32,000 bases of DNA from Cereibacter sphaeroides 2.4.1 (lineage in GTDB: Bacteria > Pseudomonadota > Alphaproteobacteria > Rhodobacterales > Rhodobacteraceae), in NCBI RefSeq assembly GCF_000012905.2, contig NC_007493.2, positions 2,550,001-2,582,000 of the forward strand. Reading direction: 5' to 3'. Made by a program: the position numbers and the translations under genes. Below are positions 1 to 9,141 of the stretch, piece after piece. The notes beneath the pieces were generated by a model. The model had not been told where the DNA came from, made no database searches, and worked only from the letters and a program-made list of their open reading frames with translations. Position 1 is the first letter of the stretch. Every line of letters begins with the position of its first letter.

Positions 1-774
1 CTTCACGCGGGCGGTGGTGACGTATTCCTGCGCGAGCTCGGCCAGCATGAAGCTGCGCGTCATGCGGCTGATGTAGGCCATCGAGAAATAGCCGAGCAGC
101 GCTCCGGGCAGGATGATGTGCGAGAAGGCATTGCCGAAGGCGTCCCAGGCGCCCTGCAGGGCGCTGTCGAGGAGGAGGAGGCCGGTTGTCACGGTGAAGC
201 TGTATTCATAGGCGATGTCGATGCGGCCCGGCCCCGCGACCCAGCCGAGCCGGGCGTAGAAGACGAGAAGGCCGAGCAGCCCCAGCCAGAAGATCGGCGC
301 CGAATAGCCGACGAGGCCCAGCACGCGGACGATCTGGTCGATGGCGCGGCCCTGCTTGACGGCCGAGACGACGCCCAGGGGAATGCCCGCCAGCGTGCCG
401 ATGAGGATCCCCACGGTCGCAAGCTCCAGCGTCGCCGGAAAGACCCGGGCCAGATCGTCGGCCACGGGGCGCTTGGTGAGGAACGAGCTTCCGAGATCGC
501 CCGAGAGCACGTTGTGCAGGTAGATCCAGAACTGCTCCCAGACCGGGCGGTCGAGGCCCATGGCGCGATACATGGCATCGTAGGTGGACTGGCTCGCGCG
601 GTCTCCGACCGCCCGCAGCACCGGGTCCACCGACATGTAGCGGCTGATGACGAAGGTGACGAGAAGGAGGCCCAGGAAGGTCACGGCGACGGTCAGCGCC
701 ACCTTGACGCCCTTCCAGAGCCAGAGCGAGAGGGCGCCCGTGCGCCCCCTCCCGATCTGCGGGGTTGCGGCCAT
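1..774 (-). CDS. ABC transporter permease, Dpp/Opp (peptide/nickel) family; N-terminal 258 codons, C-terminus lies beyond the left edge
   Basis: Absent from the ORF track only because it is open at the window edge. Reading the minus strand from ATG 774-772 gives MAATPQIGRGRTGALSLWLWKGVKVALTVAVTFLGLLLVTFVISRYMSVDPVLRAVGDRASQSTYDAMYRAMGLDRPVWEQFWIYLHNVLSGDLGSSFLTKRPVADDLARVFPATLELATVGILIGTLAGIPLGVVSAVKQGRAIDQIV... This is the typical N-terminal layout of DppB/OppB-type permeases. The ATG directly follows the TAG stop (775-777) of the binding-protein gene, so both are in one operon. Confidence 0.85.
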   Translation of the reverse strand, partial: MAATPQIGRGRTGALSLWLWKGVKVALTVAVTFLGLLLVTFVISRYMSVDPVLRAVGDRASQSTYDAMYRAMGLDRPVWEQFWIYLHNVLSGDLGSSFLTKRPVADDLARVFPATLELATVGILIGTLAGIPLGVVSAVKQGRAIDQIVRVLGLVGYSAPIFWLGLLGLLVFYARLGWVAGPGRIDIAYEYSFTVTTGLLLLDSALQGAWDAFGNAFSHIILPGALLGYFSMAYISRMTRSFMLAELAQEYVTTARVK

Positions 775-2391
775 CTACTTCGTCACGGCCCGGAACGAGT
801 TGTCGTTGAACGACGGGCCGATGATGTAGCCCTCGACGTTCTTGCGCATGGCGACGACCTCGGATTCCTGGAACATGATGACGAAGGGCGAAGTCTTCAG
901 CACCTCCTCCTGCATGTCGCGATACATCTGGGCGCGCTTCTCGGTGTCACGCTCGAGCACGGCGGCGTCCGCCTTGGCGGTCAGCTCGGGGATCTCCCAG
1001 GCGTTGCGCCAGGCCAGCGGCTTCGAGGCCGCATCGTCGGAATTGTCGGGGTTCTGCGCGAAGGTCGCGTTGGTATGCGGGTCCTGATAATCGGGGCCCC
1101 ACTGGCCGATGTAGATGTCATGCGTCCGCGCGCGGTATTTCTCGAGCGTCTGGCCGCCGTCGCCGGGGATGATCTCGATGGTGATCCCGGCCTGAGCCAT
1201 GGTCTGCTGGATCGCCTGCGCGATCGAGGTCACCTCGGGCGTGTTGCGGGTGTCCATCGTGACGGTGAAGCCGTCGGGCAGGCCCGCCGCGGCCAGAAGC
1301 TCCTTGGCCTTGGCCGGATCGAAGCTGTAGGGGTTCTCGTCCAGCGCGCCGAGGAAGCCCTCGGGCAGGAAGGTCTGGTGCTTCTTCTTCATGCCCTTGA
1401 CCAGCGTCTCGGCGATGGCGTCGTAATCGACGAGCCATTTCATCGCCTCGCGCACCTCGGGCTTGGCCAGATTCTCGTTCTTCTGGTTCAGGCCGAGATA
1501 GAAGATCGTGCCCTTCACCCCGCTCTGGATCTTGATGTCGGGGTTCTGGCTCAGCGCCTCGATCTCTTCGGGAAGGAGCTTGCGCGCAATGTCGATGTCG
1601 CCCTGCTCGAGCAGCAGACGCTCGGTCGCGGCCTCGGGAATGTGGCGGTAGATCGCGCGCGCCATGGCGGGCTTGTCGCCGTCCCACTGGTCGTTGCGCT
1701 CCATCACGACGGCCTCGTTCGCGCGCCATTCGCGGATGGTGAAGGGGCCGGAGCCCGCGTAGTTCGTCTTGAGCCAGTTGTAGCCCCAGTCGCCGTCCGC
1801 TTCGTTCGACTGGACGAGATCCTTGTCCACCACCGAGGCGACCGTCGCCGTCAGGCAGTAGAGCAGGAAGGTCGGCGCATAGGCCTTGTCCATCTCGAAG
1901 GTGAAGGAATAATCGCCGGTCTGCTTCACCTTCTCCTCGACGTTGTCCGGCGTCAGGCCGAACTGGCCGAGGATGAAGGCCGGCGACTTGTCCAGCTTCA
2001 CGGCCCGCACGAGGCTGTAGACCACGTCCTCGGCGGTCAGGTCGTTGCCCGAGGCGAACGTCTTGCCCTCGCGCACCTTGAAGCTCATGGTCAGGCCGTC
2101 CTCCGACAGCTCCCAGCTTTCCGCCACGCGCCCGAAGATGTTCGAGACGTCGTTGACGTCGTAGCCGATGATCGTCTCGTAGCTGTTGCCGATGATCTCC
2201 GATGCGGTGAATTCGAACACCTCGGCCGGGTCGAGCGTGATCATGTCGTCGATCGCCCAGGCCTGGATGAAGGTGTCGGGTGGCGTCTCGGCGGAAAGCG
2301 GAGCCGTGGTCAGGGCGAATGCGGCAACGGCCGCCGTCGCCAGCAAGCGCGCTCGGATGAACATGGAGGACCCCCTGTCGATGTTTTTCAT
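775..2391 (-). CDS. ABC transporter substrate-binding protein, family 5 (peptide/nickel/opine type)
   Basis: ORF 775..2430. It resembles family-5 solute-binding proteins over the full length (e.g. ...GNSYETIIGYD..., ...FKVREGKTFASGNDLTAEDVVYSL..., ...WGPDYQDPHTNA...). Signal peptide MFIRARLLATAAVAAFALTTAPLSA|ETPP. Start placed at ATG 2391 (MKNIDRGSSMFIR...) with AGGAG just upstream. ATG 2364 is an alternative; the 2430 start adds an implausible Arg/Pro leader. Confidence 0.9.
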   Translation of the reverse strand: MKNIDRGSSMFIRARLLATAAVAAFALTTAPLSAETPPDTFIQAWAIDDMITLDPAEVFEFTASEIIGNSYETIIGYDVNDVSNIFGRVAESWELSEDGLTMSFKVREGKTFASGNDLTAEDVVYSLVRAVKLDKSPAFILGQFGLTPDNVEEKVKQTGDYSFTFEMDKAYAPTFLLYCLTATVASVVDKDLVQSNEADGDWGYNWLKTNYAGSGPFTIREWRANEAVVMERNDQWDGDKPAMARAIYRHIPEAATERLLLEQGDIDIARKLLPEEIEALSQNPDIKIQSGVKGTIFYLGLNQKNENLAKPEVREAMKWLVDYDAIAETLVKGMKKKHQTFLPEGFLGALDENPYSFDPAKAKELLAAAGLPDGFTVTMDTRNTPEVTSIAQAIQQTMAQAGITIEIIPGDGGQTLEKYRARTHDIYIGQWGPDYQDPHTNATFAQNPDNSDDAASKPLAWRNAWEIPELTAKADAAVLERDTEKRAQMYRDMQEEVLKTSPFVIMFQESEVVAMRKNVEGYIIGPSFNDNSFRAVTK

Positions 2392-2691
2392 GGCTCCTGT
2401 CCGGCAGCGCGGGGCGCTCGGGCGGGCCACCGCGCCATGGTGAGCCGCCGGTCACGAAGCTGTCAAGGCCGGCTCTCGGATTGGGAAAGATGACCCTCCG
2501 GCAGGAGCCCAGACCGTGAGCTTCGTGCATGGCGGACGGCGCGCGACGCCCATGAACCGGGCGCCACGGCGAAAGGCTCCACGCGCCGGGCGCAGGGGTC
2601 CGCGGCCCCTCCGCGCGCCGCAGGGCGGCGGGGCGATGGGCGCTTGACCCTGCGCGCCCGATCCTCAAGATCGCGGCCAAAGGAGACGCCC

Positions 2692-3270
2692 ATGCCCGAC
2701 CCGAAGCCCGAGGTTCTCGACTTCCTGCTGAGCCGCCGTTCGCGGCCCGCCAAGACGCTCGCCCTGCCGGTGCCCGACCGCGCGGCGCTGGCGCCGATCC
2801 TCACGGCCGCGCTGCGCACGCCCGATCACGGCAAGCTCGAACCCTGGCGGCTGATCGTGCTCGAGGCGGGCGCCATGCCGCGGCTGGCGGCGCTGGCCGA
2901 TGCCCGCGCCGAGGCGCTGGCCCTCGACCCGGACAAGAGCGCCAAGGGTCGCGCGCAGTTCGCACAGAGCCACCTCGCCGTGGTGGTGGTGGCGCGCCCC
3001 GAGCCTTCCGACAAGGTGCCCGAGATCGAGCAGATCCTTTCGGCGGGCGCGGTCTGCCTGTCGCTTCTGAACGCGGCGCAGGCGGCGGGCTGGGGGGCCA
3101 ACTGGCTCACCGGCTGGCCGGCCTACGACCGCGGCTTCCTCCGCGAGGGCCTGGGCCTTGCGGAGACCGAGTTCGTCGCGGGCATCGTTCATATCGGCAG
3201 CGAGACCGTCGCTCCGCCCGAGCGCCCGCGGCCCGATGTTGCCAGTCTCACCACATGGGTAAGCGAATGA
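2692..3270 (+). CDS. nitroreductase family protein
   Basis: ORF 2644..3270. Start moved to ATG 2692 (MPDPKPEVLDFLLSRRS...), preceded by AAGGAG. The motifs LLSRRSxR...L and PDHGKLxPWR, and the length of about 190 aa, are typical of the nitroreductase fold. Confidence 0.85.
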   Translation: MPDPKPEVLDFLLSRRSRPAKTLALPVPDRAALAPILTAALRTPDHGKLEPWRLIVLEAGAMPRLAALADARAEALALDPDKSAKGRAQFAQSHLAVVVVARPEPSDKVPEIEQILSAGAVCLSLLNAAQAAGWGANWLTGWPAYDRGFLREGLGLAETEFVAGIVHIGSETVAPPERPRPDVASLTTWVSE

Positions 3271-3959
3271 TCCGGGACTTCCTCCGCGCCATAGGCCAGA
3301 TCGGCGACCCGCCCTTCCGGCGGGTCGTGCTCTTCGGCATAGGGCTCGCGCTCCTGCTGCTGATGGCCGTCTATACCGGCTTCCTGTTCCTTCTGAACAG
3401 CTTCGTGCCCGACACCGTCTCGATCCCCTGGGTGGGCGAGGTGGGCGGGCTCGACATGCTGCTCTCCTGGGGCTCGGCGGTCCTGATGCTGGGGCTTTCG
3501 GTCTTCCTGATGATCCCGGTCGCCTCGGCCTTCACCGGCCTCTTCCTCGACAGCGTGGTCGATGCGGTCGAGGAGAAGCACTATCCGCACCTGCCCCCCG
3601 CCACGCCACTGCCGCTGATGGATCAGCTGATCGACAGTGCGAATTTCTTCGCCGTGCTGATCTTCGTCAACATGATCGCGCTCGTGGTCTTCATCTTCGC
3701 CGGGCCGGTGGGGCCGATCCTGTTCTGGGCGCTGAACGGCTTCCTGCTCGGGCGGGAATATTTCACGCTGGTGGCGATGCGGAGGCTCGGCCGCGCCGGG
3801 GCGAAGTCGCTCCGGGCGCGGCACGCGGGCCAGATCTGGCTCGCGGGCACGCTGATGGCCGCGCCGCTCTCGATCCCGATCCTGAACCTCGTGGTGCCGG
3901 TGCTGGGGGTGGCGACCTTCACCCACATCTTCCACCGGCTGAACGGCCGCGGGGCCTGA
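3267..3959 (+). CDS. CysZ/EI24-like membrane protein (sulfate transporter family protein)
   Basis: ORF 3255..3959. The likely start is ATG 3267 (MIRDFLRAIGQIGDPPFRRV...), overlapping the nitroreductase stop as ATGA. It is a multi-pass hydrophobic protein with the N-terminal FxxA...L.dp.f.rv pattern that I associate with CysZ/EI24 (DUF540-type) proteins. Confidence 0.75.
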   Translation: MIRDFLRAIGQIGDPPFRRVVLFGIGLALLLLMAVYTGFLFLLNSFVPDTVSIPWVGEVGGLDMLLSWGSAVLMLGLSVFLMIPVASAFTGLFLDSVVDAVEEKHYPHLPPATPLPLMDQLIDSANFFAVLIFVNMIALVVFIFAGPVGPILFWALNGFLLGREYFTLVAMRRLGRAGAKSLRARHAGQIWLAGTLMAAPLSIPILNLVVPVLGVATFTHIFHRLNGRGA

Positions 3960-3973
3960 CCGCCCCGCCCGGA

Positions 3974-4255
3974 TCAGAAGGCCGGCTGCGGGGGCATCCG
4001 GCCCATCACGTCGATGTCGCGCAGGCTGATCGCGCCCGACAGGATGATCCCGCAGAGAACCGCCCAGACCAGCGTGCCCCAGAGCGTCGTGAGCCAGGCC
4101 TTGCGCCGGATCACATAGCCCGCGGGCGCGCCGCGCGGCGTGCCGGGCACCACCTTCCCCGACTCATCCTGGCTCTGCACCCGCAGGGGCAGCAGGATGA
4201 AGAACACCATGAACCAGGTCACCGCATAGAGGACGATGGCGCCGGTGATGCTCAT
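3974..4255 (-). CDS. DUF1467 family small membrane protein
   Basis: 93-aa ORF MSITGAIVLYAVTWFMVFFILLPLRVQSQDE...GTPRGAP... with two TM segments. The start overlaps the stop of the epimerase gene (ATGA at 4252-4255). Pairing of the epimerase gene with DUF1467 is common in Alphaproteobacteria (from memory). Confidence 0.8.
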   Translation of the reverse strand: MSITGAIVLYAVTWFMVFFILLPLRVQSQDESGKVVPGTPRGAPAGYVIRRKAWLTTLWGTLVWAVLCGIILSGAISLRDIDVMGRMPPQPAF

Positions 4256-4656
4256 ACCTGCTCGAGCTCCACGAGGCAGCCGTTGAAGTCCTTGGGATGG
4301 AGGAACAGGACGGGCTTGCCATGCGCCCCGATCTTCGGCTCGCCCGACCCCAGCACCCGCGCGCCCGCCTCCTTCAGCCGGTCGCGTGCGGCGAGGATGT
4401 CCTCGACCTCGTAGCAGATGTGATGGATGCCGCCGGCCGGGTTCTTCTCGAGGAAGCCCGCGATGGGCGAGCCCTCGCCCAGCGGATGAAGCAGCTCGAT
4501 CTTCGTGTTCGGCAGGGTGATGAAGATCACCGTCACGCCGTGGTCGGGCTCGTCCTGCGGCGCCCCCACCTCGGCCCCGAGCGTGTTGCGATACTGTGCC
4601 GCCGCAGCCTCGAGGTCGGGCACGGCGATGGCCACATGGTTCAGGCGTCCGATCAT
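4252..4656 (-). CDS. mce: methylmalonyl-CoA epimerase (VOC/glyoxalase-fold)
   Basis: This is the C-terminal 134 codons of track ORF 4252..5535: MIGRLNHVAIAVPDLEAAAAQYRNTLGAEVGAPQDEPDHGVTVIFITLPNTKIELLHPLGEGSPIAGFLEKNPAGGIHHICYEVEDILAARDRLKEAGARVLG...FLHPKDFNGCLVELEQV. GGAGGAGAGA lies upstream of ATG 4656. The upstream part of the track ORF is Arg/Gly-rich off-frame sequence. Confidence 0.92.
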   Translation of the reverse strand: MIGRLNHVAIAVPDLEAAAAQYRNTLGAEVGAPQDEPDHGVTVIFITLPNTKIELLHPLGEGSPIAGFLEKNPAGGIHHICYEVEDILAARDRLKEAGARVLGSGEPKIGAHGKPVLFLHPKDFNGCLVELEQV

Positions 4657-4914
4657 TCTCTCTCCTCCGTCCGGTGGCCCGTTATGAAAGCCGCCCCCTG
4701 CCCGCGCAAGAGGGCAGCCCGTCGCGCGGACCTCCCCGGTCCGGCACGTCCGGGGCGGGCCCGGATCGCACGAGAGCCCTCCGCCCCGCCGGGCGCCGGC
4801 ACCGGGCTTCGCTCGGACGGCGGCTTTTTTGTCATCGGGAGAGAGCCCGCTTAACCCGATCTTGACCCGGATCGGCTTCGATGGCGCCAGCCGAGAGCCC
4901 CGGAAGGATCCGCG

Positions 4915-5616
4915 ATGCCCCACCTGCACCTCCTCCCCGATCCGATGCCGTCCTTCGTCCCGCGCCCCCTGCGCGGGCCGCTGCCCCTTGCGGGGCTCAC
5001 GGTGCTCGCGGTGGAGGACAGCCACTTCGCGGCCGAGGCCATGCGGCTGCTCTGCCACCGCTCGGGCGCGAAACTGCGGCGGGCCGACGACATGGAGACC
5101 GCCCGCCGGCATCTGGACCGCTACTGCCCCGATGCGGCCATCGTCGATCTGGGCCTGCCGGACGGGGCAGGCGAAATGCTCATCGCCGAAATGGCGACGC
5201 GCCCCGGCCTCGTCATTCTCGCGGCGAGCGGCGACCCCTCGCGGCGCGAGGCCGCGCTCGAGGCCGGGGCGCACGCCTTCCTCGAAAAGCCGCTCGACAG
5301 TCTGGCGCTGTTTCAGCAGGTGCTGCTCGACCATCTGCCGGGCCGCCCCCGCCTCGCCGAGGACGAGATGCTGCCTCCGCCCGATCCCTTCTCCCTGCGC
5401 GAGGACCTGACCCGGGCCGCCGAACTCGCCGCGACCCTGCTGCCGGGCACGGCGCGGGCGCGCTATCTCGCAGGCTTCGTGGCCGGCGTCGCGCGCAGCA
5501 GCGGCGACAAGGCGCTGGAACAGGCCGCCCGCCACGCGCCCGACTGCCCCGACGCGCTCGACCTGCTCCGCCGGCTGATCGCCGTCCGCCTCGCGGCGGC
5601 GGCGCCGGCCTTCTGA
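4915..5616 (+). CDS. response regulator: receiver domain plus an uncharacterised C-terminal region of about 100 aa
   Basis: ORF 4915..5616. Receiver signatures are present: VLAVEDS (acidic pair), AAIVDLGLPDG (phospho-acceptor Asp), VILAASG and AFLEKP (conserved Lys). I recognise no DNA-binding or enzymatic motif in the Ala/Leu/Arg-rich C-terminal part. Confidence 0.8.
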   Translation: MPHLHLLPDPMPSFVPRPLRGPLPLAGLTVLAVEDSHFAAEAMRLLCHRSGAKLRRADDMETARRHLDRYCPDAAIVDLGLPDGAGEMLIAEMATRPGLVILAASGDPSRREAALEAGAHAFLEKPLDSLALFQQVLLDHLPGRPRLAEDEMLPPPDPFSLREDLTRAAELAATLLPGTARARYLAGFVAGVARSSGDKALEQAARHAPDCPDALDLLRRLIAVRLAAAAPAF

Positions 5617-5776
5617 CCTATGGAAGAGGGTGATGCCTGCCCCTCAAGACGCCCGCACAAGGGCAAGCGGCGAGGCCCCGGGCCAGCCACGCTCCATCCG
5701 AGTTCCTTGGGACATCCCTCGGTCAGCCGATTGAGAGGTCTCATAAAGCCGGAGCCTCGGCGCGGCAGGATCGCAC

Positions 5777-6490
5777 CTAGCCGAGAGCCGGATCTGCGGC
5801 TCCGCCGCGCGCCAGCGCCGTCAGATCCGACAGCCGCTCGATCTGCTGCCCCGAGGCGTCGAAATTGCGCGGCGCAAGCCACAGCTCGAATGCCTCGCGC
5901 AAGGCGGGCCATTCGCGGTCGATCACCGAGAACCAGGCTGTGTCGCGGTTGCGGCCCTTGACCACCGTCGCCTGCCGGAAGGTGCCCTCGTAGCTGAAGC
6001 CCAGCCGCTGCGCCGCCCGCCGCGACGCAAGGTTCAACGCGTCGCACTTCCATTCCACGCGCCGGTAGCCCGCGGCGAAGCTCCAGGCCATCATCAGAAA
6101 CAGCGCCTCGGTCGCGGCCGGCGTCCGCTGCAGCCCGGGCGAGAGGCAGATATGGCCGATCTCGATGCTTCCCGCCTCGGGCGCGATCCGCAGGAAGCTC
6201 GCCACCCCGCCGCAATGGCCGGTGGTCCGGTCCCGGATCACATGAAACAGCGGATCGGCGCTCTCCTCGACCGTGCGCACCCAGTGATGATAGGCGGCCG
6301 TCGAGGCGAAGGGGCCGTAGGGCAGATAATCCCAGACCGCCTCGTCGGGCGAGAAGGCCTGATGGAGATCCGCCGCATGGCGGTCCGCCGACAGCCTCTC
6401 CAGCCGGACATGGCGCCCCTCGAGCCCCTCGTCCCCCGAGGGGCGCGGCGGCGCCTGCCAGCCCGGAACCGGCTCGCCGAACCGCTTCAC
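5777..6490 (-). CDS. GNAT family N-acetyltransferase (RimJ/RimL-like)
   Basis: 237-aa ORF. ...VRLERL...HAADL...SIEIGHICLSPGLQRTPAATEALFLMMAWSFAAGYRRVEWKCDALNLASRRAAQRLGFSYEGTFRQ... matches the GNAT acetyl-CoA-binding core (Q/RxxGxG/A-like RTPAAT, then the beta-bulge region). Confidence 0.85.
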   Translation of the reverse strand: MKRFGEPVPGWQAPPRPSGDEGLEGRHVRLERLSADRHAADLHQAFSPDEAVWDYLPYGPFASTAAYHHWVRTVEESADPLFHVIRDRTTGHCGGVASFLRIAPEAGSIEIGHICLSPGLQRTPAATEALFLMMAWSFAAGYRRVEWKCDALNLASRRAAQRLGFSYEGTFRQATVVKGRNRDTAWFSVIDREWPALREAFELWLAPRNFDASGQQIERLSDLTALARGGAADPALG

Positions 6491-6493
6491 GCC

Positions 6494-8269
6494 TCAGTCC
6501 TTCGGCACGACGCGCAGGCGCAGCTCGCGCAGCTGCTCGTTGGTGGGCTCCGAGGGCGCGCCCATCAGCAGATCCTCGGCGCGCTGGTTCATCGGGAACA
6601 TGATGACCTCGCGGATGTTCGCCTCGTCGGCCAGCAGCATCACGATCCGGTCGATCCCGGCCGCGCAGCCGCCGTGCGGCGGAGCGCCGTAGCGGAAGGC
6701 CTTGACCATGCCGCCGAACCGCTTCTCGACCTCTTCCTTCGGATAGCCCGCCAGTTCGAAGGCCTTGAACATGATTTCGGGCTTGTGGTTGCGGATCCCG
6801 CCCGAGATCAGCTCATAGCCGTTGCAGGCAAGGTCGTACTGATAGGCATGCACCTTCAGCGGATCGCCCTCCAGCGCCTCCATGCCCCCCTGCGGCATCG
6901 AGAAGGGGTTGTGGCTGAAGTCGATCTTGCCCTCGTCGTCCTTCTCGTACATCGGGAAATCGACGATCCAGGCGAACTTGAAGCAGTTCTCCTCGGTCAG
7001 CCCCAGCTCGCGGCCGATCTCGGTGCGCGCGCGGCCCGCGACGGCCTCGAAGGTCTCGGGCTTGCCGCCGAGGAAGAAGGCCGCATCGCCCTCGCCCAGC
7101 CCCAGCTGCTGCCGGATCGCCTCGGTCCGCTCGGGGCCGATGTTCTTGGCCAGCGGCCCCGCGGCCTCCATCGCCCCGTCGTCGCCCTTGCGCCAGAAGA
7201 TGTAGCCCATGCCCGGCAGGCCCTGGGACTGCGCGAAGGCGTTCATCCGGTCGCAGAATTTCCGGCTGCCGCCCGTGGGCGCCGGGATCGCGCGGATCTC
7301 GGTGCCCTCGTTCTCGAGAAGCTTGGCGAAGATCGCAAAGCCCGAGCCCGCGAAATGCTCGCTCACCACCTGCATCTTGATCGGGTTGCGCAGGTCGGGC
7401 TTGTCCGACCCGTACCAGAGCATCGCATCGCGATAGGCGATCCGCGGCCAGTCGGCATCCACGCGCTTGCCGTGGCCGAACTCCTCGAACAGCCCCTGGA
7501 TCACCGGCTGCACGGCCGCGAACACATCCTCCTGCTCCACGAAGCTCATCTCGATGTCGAGCTGGTAGAAGTCGGTGGGCGAGCGGTCGGCGCGCGGGTC
7601 CTCGTCGCGGAAGCAGGGCGCGATCTGGAAGTAGCGGTCGAAGCCCGCCACCATGATCAGCTGCTTGAACTGCTGCGGCGCCTGCGGCAGGGCATAGAAC
7701 TTGCCCGGATGGAGCCGCGACGGCACGAGAAAGTCGCGCGCGCCCTCGGGCGAGGAAGCGGTGATGATCGGCGTCTGGAACTCGTTGAAACCCGCGCCCC
7801 ACATCCGGTTGCGCAAGGACCGCACCACGTTCGAGCGCAGCATCATGTTCTGGTGCAGCTTCTCGCGCCGCAGGTCGAGGAAGCGGTAGGTGAGCCGCGT
7901 CTCCTCGGGATAGTCGGTCTCGCCGAACACCGGCAGCGGCAGCTCGTCCGCCGCGCCCAGCACACTCATGCCGGTGGCATAGACCTCGATCTCGCCGGTC
8001 GCGAGCTTGGGGTTCACCAGCGACGCGTCGCGCGCCTTCACCCGGCCCTCGATGCGGATCACCCATTCGGCCCGCACCGTCTCGAGCTCGGCAAAGGCCG
8101 GCGAGTCGGCGTCGGCGATCACCTGGGTGATACCGTAATGGTCGCGCAGGTCGAGGAACAGGACGCCGCCGTGGTCGCGCACACGGTGCACCCAGCCCGA
8201 GAGCCGCACCTCCTGACCGACATGCGCGGCATTCAGTTCCGTGCAGGTATGGCTGCGATAGGCGTGCAT
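6494..8269 (-). CDS. aspS: aspartate--tRNA ligase (bacterial type, 591 aa)
   Basis: ORF 6494..8335, trimmed to ATG 8269 ([50 protein letters not shown]...) with GGGGAG upstream. Class II motifs are present: [10 protein letters not shown] (motif 2) and [17 protein letters not shown] (motif 3). The QAPQQFKQL loop is also present. Confidence 0.97.
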   Translation of the reverse strand: MHAYRSHTCTELNAAHVGQEVRLSGWVHRVRDHGGVLFLDLRDHYGITQVIADADSPAFAELETVRAEWVIRIEGRVKARDASLVNPKLATGEIEVYATGMSVLGAADELPLPVFGETDYPEETRLTYRFLDLRREKLHQNMMLRSNVVRSLRNRMWGAGFNEFQTPIITASSPEGARDFLVPSRLHPGKFYALPQAPQQFKQLIMVAGFDRYFQIAPCFRDEDPRADRSPTDFYQLDIEMSFVEQEDVFAAVQPVIQGLFEEFGHGKRVDADWPRIAYRDAMLWYGSDKPDLRNPIKMQVVSEHFAGSGFAIFAKLLENEGTEIRAIPAPTGGSRKFCDRMNAFAQSQGLPGMGYIFWRKGDDGAMEAAGPLAKNIGPERTEAIRQQLGLGEGDAAFFLGGKPETFEAVAGRARTEIGRELGLTEENCFKFAWIVDFPMYEKDDEGKIDFSHNPFSMPQGGMEALEGDPLKVHAYQYDLACNGYELISGGIRNHKPEIMFKAFELAGYPKEEVEKRFGGMVKAFRYGAPPHGGCAAGIDRIVMLLADEANIREVIMFPMNQRAEDLLMGAPSEPTNEQLRELRLRVVPKD

Positions 8270-8306
8270 TCGGCTCCCCTTCCCGAGGCTCTGGTTCGTC
8301 CGGGCC

Positions 8307-8335
8307 GATACACTCCGGGACGGGAGGGAAGTCAA
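8307..8335 (-). promoter_or_regulatory. candidate sigma-70-type promoter for aspS
   Basis: The minus strand reads TTGACT (8335-8330), a 17-nt spacer, then TGTATC (8312-8307), about 35-40 nt upstream of the aspS start. The -35 element is good and the -10 element is weak. Confidence 0.3.
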
Positions 8336-8484
8336 GCCGCCGCCCTTTCACGCTGGCACAAATATCCCCCGCGGAGCGGCCTGAGCCGGGGCGGCCCCGC
8401 CGCCGCGGCGAGGCAGGAAACCGGGCGGGAACCGCCTCCTTCGGGCTTGGGAGGGATCCCCGCGCAGATCCCGGGCGCACGGGC

Positions 8485-9141
8485 TCAGGGCGTCTCGCCC
8501 GCCCACTCCGCCGGGATCAGCCCGCGCAGCGAATTGCCGACCCAGAGCCGCACCCGCGGCAGGGCCTCCCCCGGCAGCGGCGCCTCGCGGCACCGCCCTG
8601 TCTCGAGCATGGTCTCGCGCAGGATCCCGGGCAGGAGGCCCGCCTCGAGCGGCGGGGTCCGCATCCCCTCGCCCGCATCGAAGAAGACCGTGGTGATCGT
8701 GCCGTCGCAGACCTCGCCGCGCTCGTTCAGCAGGAGCCGTTCGTCGAGATCCGCGGGCAGGTCCGCCCGCGCCGCGTCATAGGCCGCCCGCCGGTTCGAC
8801 TTCACCCGCAGCCACGGATCGCCCGAGGCGAGGCGCTGGGCGGCAAGCCCCACCCGCCAGACCGGCTTCGCCGCCGGCAGGGGGGTTGCCTCGACGGTCA
8901 GGCGACCCGTGCCATCGAGCGTGAGGCGCATCCGCGCCGGACCCTCGGGCACCGCGGCCTTCAGCGCGGCGCCCGCGCCCGCCGCGCACCAGCCCAGACG
9001 CGAGGCCGCCGTCTCGAGCCGCTGGAGATGCCGGCGCAACCGGATCAGCCGCATCCCGTCCCAGAGCATCGTCTCGATCAGCCGCAGGTCGGGGTCGTCG
9101 GCAGCTCGGCGAAGCGGGTCTTCCACAAGGCTTCCTCCCAT
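8485..9141 (-). CDS. pabC: aminotransferase class IV family protein, probable aminodeoxychorismate lyase
   Basis: 218-aa ORF immediately downstream of, and overlapping, pabB. LRLIETMLWDG... N-terminus, ...LRVKSNRRAAYDAA..., ...LLLNERGEVCDGTITTVFF... and ...TPPLEAGLLPGILR... are class IV (PabC/IlvE-fold) signatures. Start is uncertain: ATG 9141, or GTG 9126, which has GGAGG 7 nt upstream. Confidence 0.8.
   Translation of the reverse strand: MGGSLVEDPLRRAADDPDLRLIETMLWDGMRLIRLRRHLQRLETAASRLGWCAAGAGAALKAAVPEGPARMRLTLDGTGRLTVEATPLPAAKPVWRVGLAAQRLASGDPWLRVKSNRRAAYDAARADLPADLDERLLLNERGEVCDGTITTVFFDAGEGMRTPPLEAGLLPGILRETMLETGRCREAPLPGEALPRVRLWVGNSLRGLIPAEWAGETP

Noticed and set aside
118-2493. 791-aa plus-strand ORF (also 1118..2680 minus, 520 aa)
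   Set aside because: These are antisense or out of frame to the ABC permease and binding-protein genes, which have clear family similarity. The translations are Arg/Gly/Asp/His-rich and low in complexity.
6152-8782. 876-aa plus-strand ORF
   Set aside because: It is antisense to the GNAT gene, aspS and pabC. It has no recognisable motifs and shadow-ORF composition.
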